DNA of 62,000 nucleotides from Mobula hypostoma (Eukaryota): NCBI RefSeq assembly GCF_963921235.1, contig NC_086109.1, positions 1,240,001 to 1,302,000 of the forward strand, read 5' to 3'. Shown piece by piece: positions 60,621 to 62,000 of this stretch (position 1 is its first letter; each line of letters starts with the position of its first letter). The notes under the pieces were generated by a model. It saw only the letters and a program-made list of their open reading frames with translations, ran no database searches and was not told where the DNA came from. The position numbers and the translations under genes were made by a program.

Positions 60621-61749
60621 CTATTCCCCCTCCCCAATACCTTCTTCCTAGTTCTTCCATACCTTTTCCCCTCTCCCCACCGTCTCTCCTCCCCATCACC
60701 TGTCTCTACGCTATCCCCCAATCTGTCTCCCATTCTCCAGTCCCCTAAACCTTCTTCATCTTTACCCCTGCCAATCCTGTCCCCAGCCCCTGCCCATCTT
60801 CTCCAACCCCTCCCTGCTCCCAGCACCCAATCCCATGACCCTCGTCCCTATTTCCCGATTCTCTCCTCTTTCTCCTACCTGCCCCTATTTTACACTCCCC
60901 CCCCCGACCTTTCACCCCCCCTTGACACCCAGCCCAACTCTCCCCTCTCCCTCAGCCACCTTTTCCTGCCCGGTACTGATCCCTCCTTCTGTCTAACTGC
61001 ACCTTCTTTCCCCTCGACCCACAGATCCCGTCTCCCCTCTCACCTCCTTCTATCTCCTGCAGCTGAAAAGACTTCCCAGAAAGCGCCTGACAGCACTAAA
61101 GGCGTCAGCTAAAGCTCTGAGACCCGCTCTCAACAGTCCAGGCTCTGCAATATGAGGAGAGAGATGAATCCATGATTAATCGCACACTCACACTCCCAGT
61201 GACACAGGATCGATGGATCCACTCCATCCAGACCAGAGGAAACTCTGCCACCCCAAAATTGTATCTCAGTCTTCTTCAATCACCCCTCCATCCCTCCGGA
61301 GCCCATCAGATAAATTGTGGCCTTGCAACAGACGCAGTACTTTCCTGTTCGGGGGGGGGGGGCGCGGTGTCAGCTTTATGCTAAAGAGTAAAAAATGCTT
61401 TTTTACAACTCAGTCGATTAGTTGGGCTTCAAAATCACCAAATGGGCCTCCATCCGCAGAAGCTATAAAAGAGTTCCTATGTTACCAAAACCTGGCACAG
61501 TTATGCTCATTCCTAACACTAGTCAGCCCATTGCAATCAGTTCCTGCATCAATCGGCTATTGTGTTAAAGCTCCGACACTGATGGACATTTCATTAAGAG
61601 GAGATTCACAGCCCAATACCCTCAATGTCGGCTACCCAGGAAGGCACAGAGAGACTGCCCTTCATCTGTGCCCCGCAGCGGTTCACCAGGGTACATCAGA
61701 CAGTTGACCAGGTCTAAATGGGGCCGACATTTCAGCAATTTCTCAGCTT

Positions 61750-62000
61750 ACCTCACAGATACAAACGTCCCCGACGCGCACTGGATGGAGCCCTGCTCCC
61801 ACCTCGGTTACTCAGACCACATCTCTGTTATGATAATCCCAGCATACAGATCGCTCGTCAGGCGCTCCAGACCAGTTCAGAAGCAGGTGAAAACCTGGCC
61901 AGCGGGAGCCTTCTCTGCTCTTCAAGACTGCTTTGAGCACACTGACTGGCACATGTTCAGGGAGGCTGCAACCAATGGCGACTCTACCAATTTAGAGGGG
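61750..62000 (+). mobile_element. Rex1/Babar fragment (end of APE domain) running off the window
   Basis: [39 protein letters not shown]. Confidence 0.88.

Larger units (their letters stand above)
58790..61144 (-). pseudogene. Candidate 3' end of a spliced host gene or pseudogene (exons 61144-61044, 59973-59864, 59759-59665, 58971-~58790)
   Basis: Acceptors tctctctcctcatattgcag, ctccgtgtcccacag, cctctccacag, ccattttacttcccag; donors gtgaga, gtgagc, gtgagt; ATTAAA at 58807-58802; first exon encodes PGLLRAGLRALADAFSAVRRFLGSLFSCRR*. Confidence 0.45.

Noticed and set aside
61062..61111. Plus-strand terminal exon AEKTSQKAPDSTKGVS*
   Set aside because: The acceptor arises from a C/T tract; the minus-strand exon has both splice sites and is better supported.
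59955..61112. 385-aa Pro-rich ORF and overlapping Gly-rich antisense ORFs
   Set aside because: By-product of C-rich tandem/low-complexity DNA that lacks stops in most frames.

Overview
Repeat-dense vertebrate genomic DNA, most likely a cartilaginous fish (inferred from V-SINE/HE1-like SINEs and a CR1 + Rex1/Babar + RTE + Penelope + Gypsy repeat mix; host not provable from sequence alone). Most of the window is nested, decayed retroelements: CR1, Rex1/Babar, three RTE families, a Tx1 relic, Penelope-like elements with GIY-YIG coding and minimal hammerhead ribozymes, a sushi/chromovirus-type Gypsy element with a Gmr1-type (INT-before-RT) element inside it, solo LTRs, a Buster-type hAT end, SINEs and minisatellites. 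I found no intact host protein-coding gene. The unique spacers do carry splice-site-bounded relics of host genes not visible in the ORF track: (i) a minus-strand signal peptide + LRR + LRRCT-like + Thr-rich stalk + hydrophobic tail pseudogene (~2.5-10 kb), tentative; (ii) a plus-strand CD2/SLAM-family Ig V exon (37683-38012) with a possible Tyr-motif tail exon; (iii) a minus-strand four-exon 3' gene end (58.8-61.1 kb) encoding an amphipathic cationic helix. All assignments come from manual motif reading with no database search, and boundaries without a TSD are approximate.
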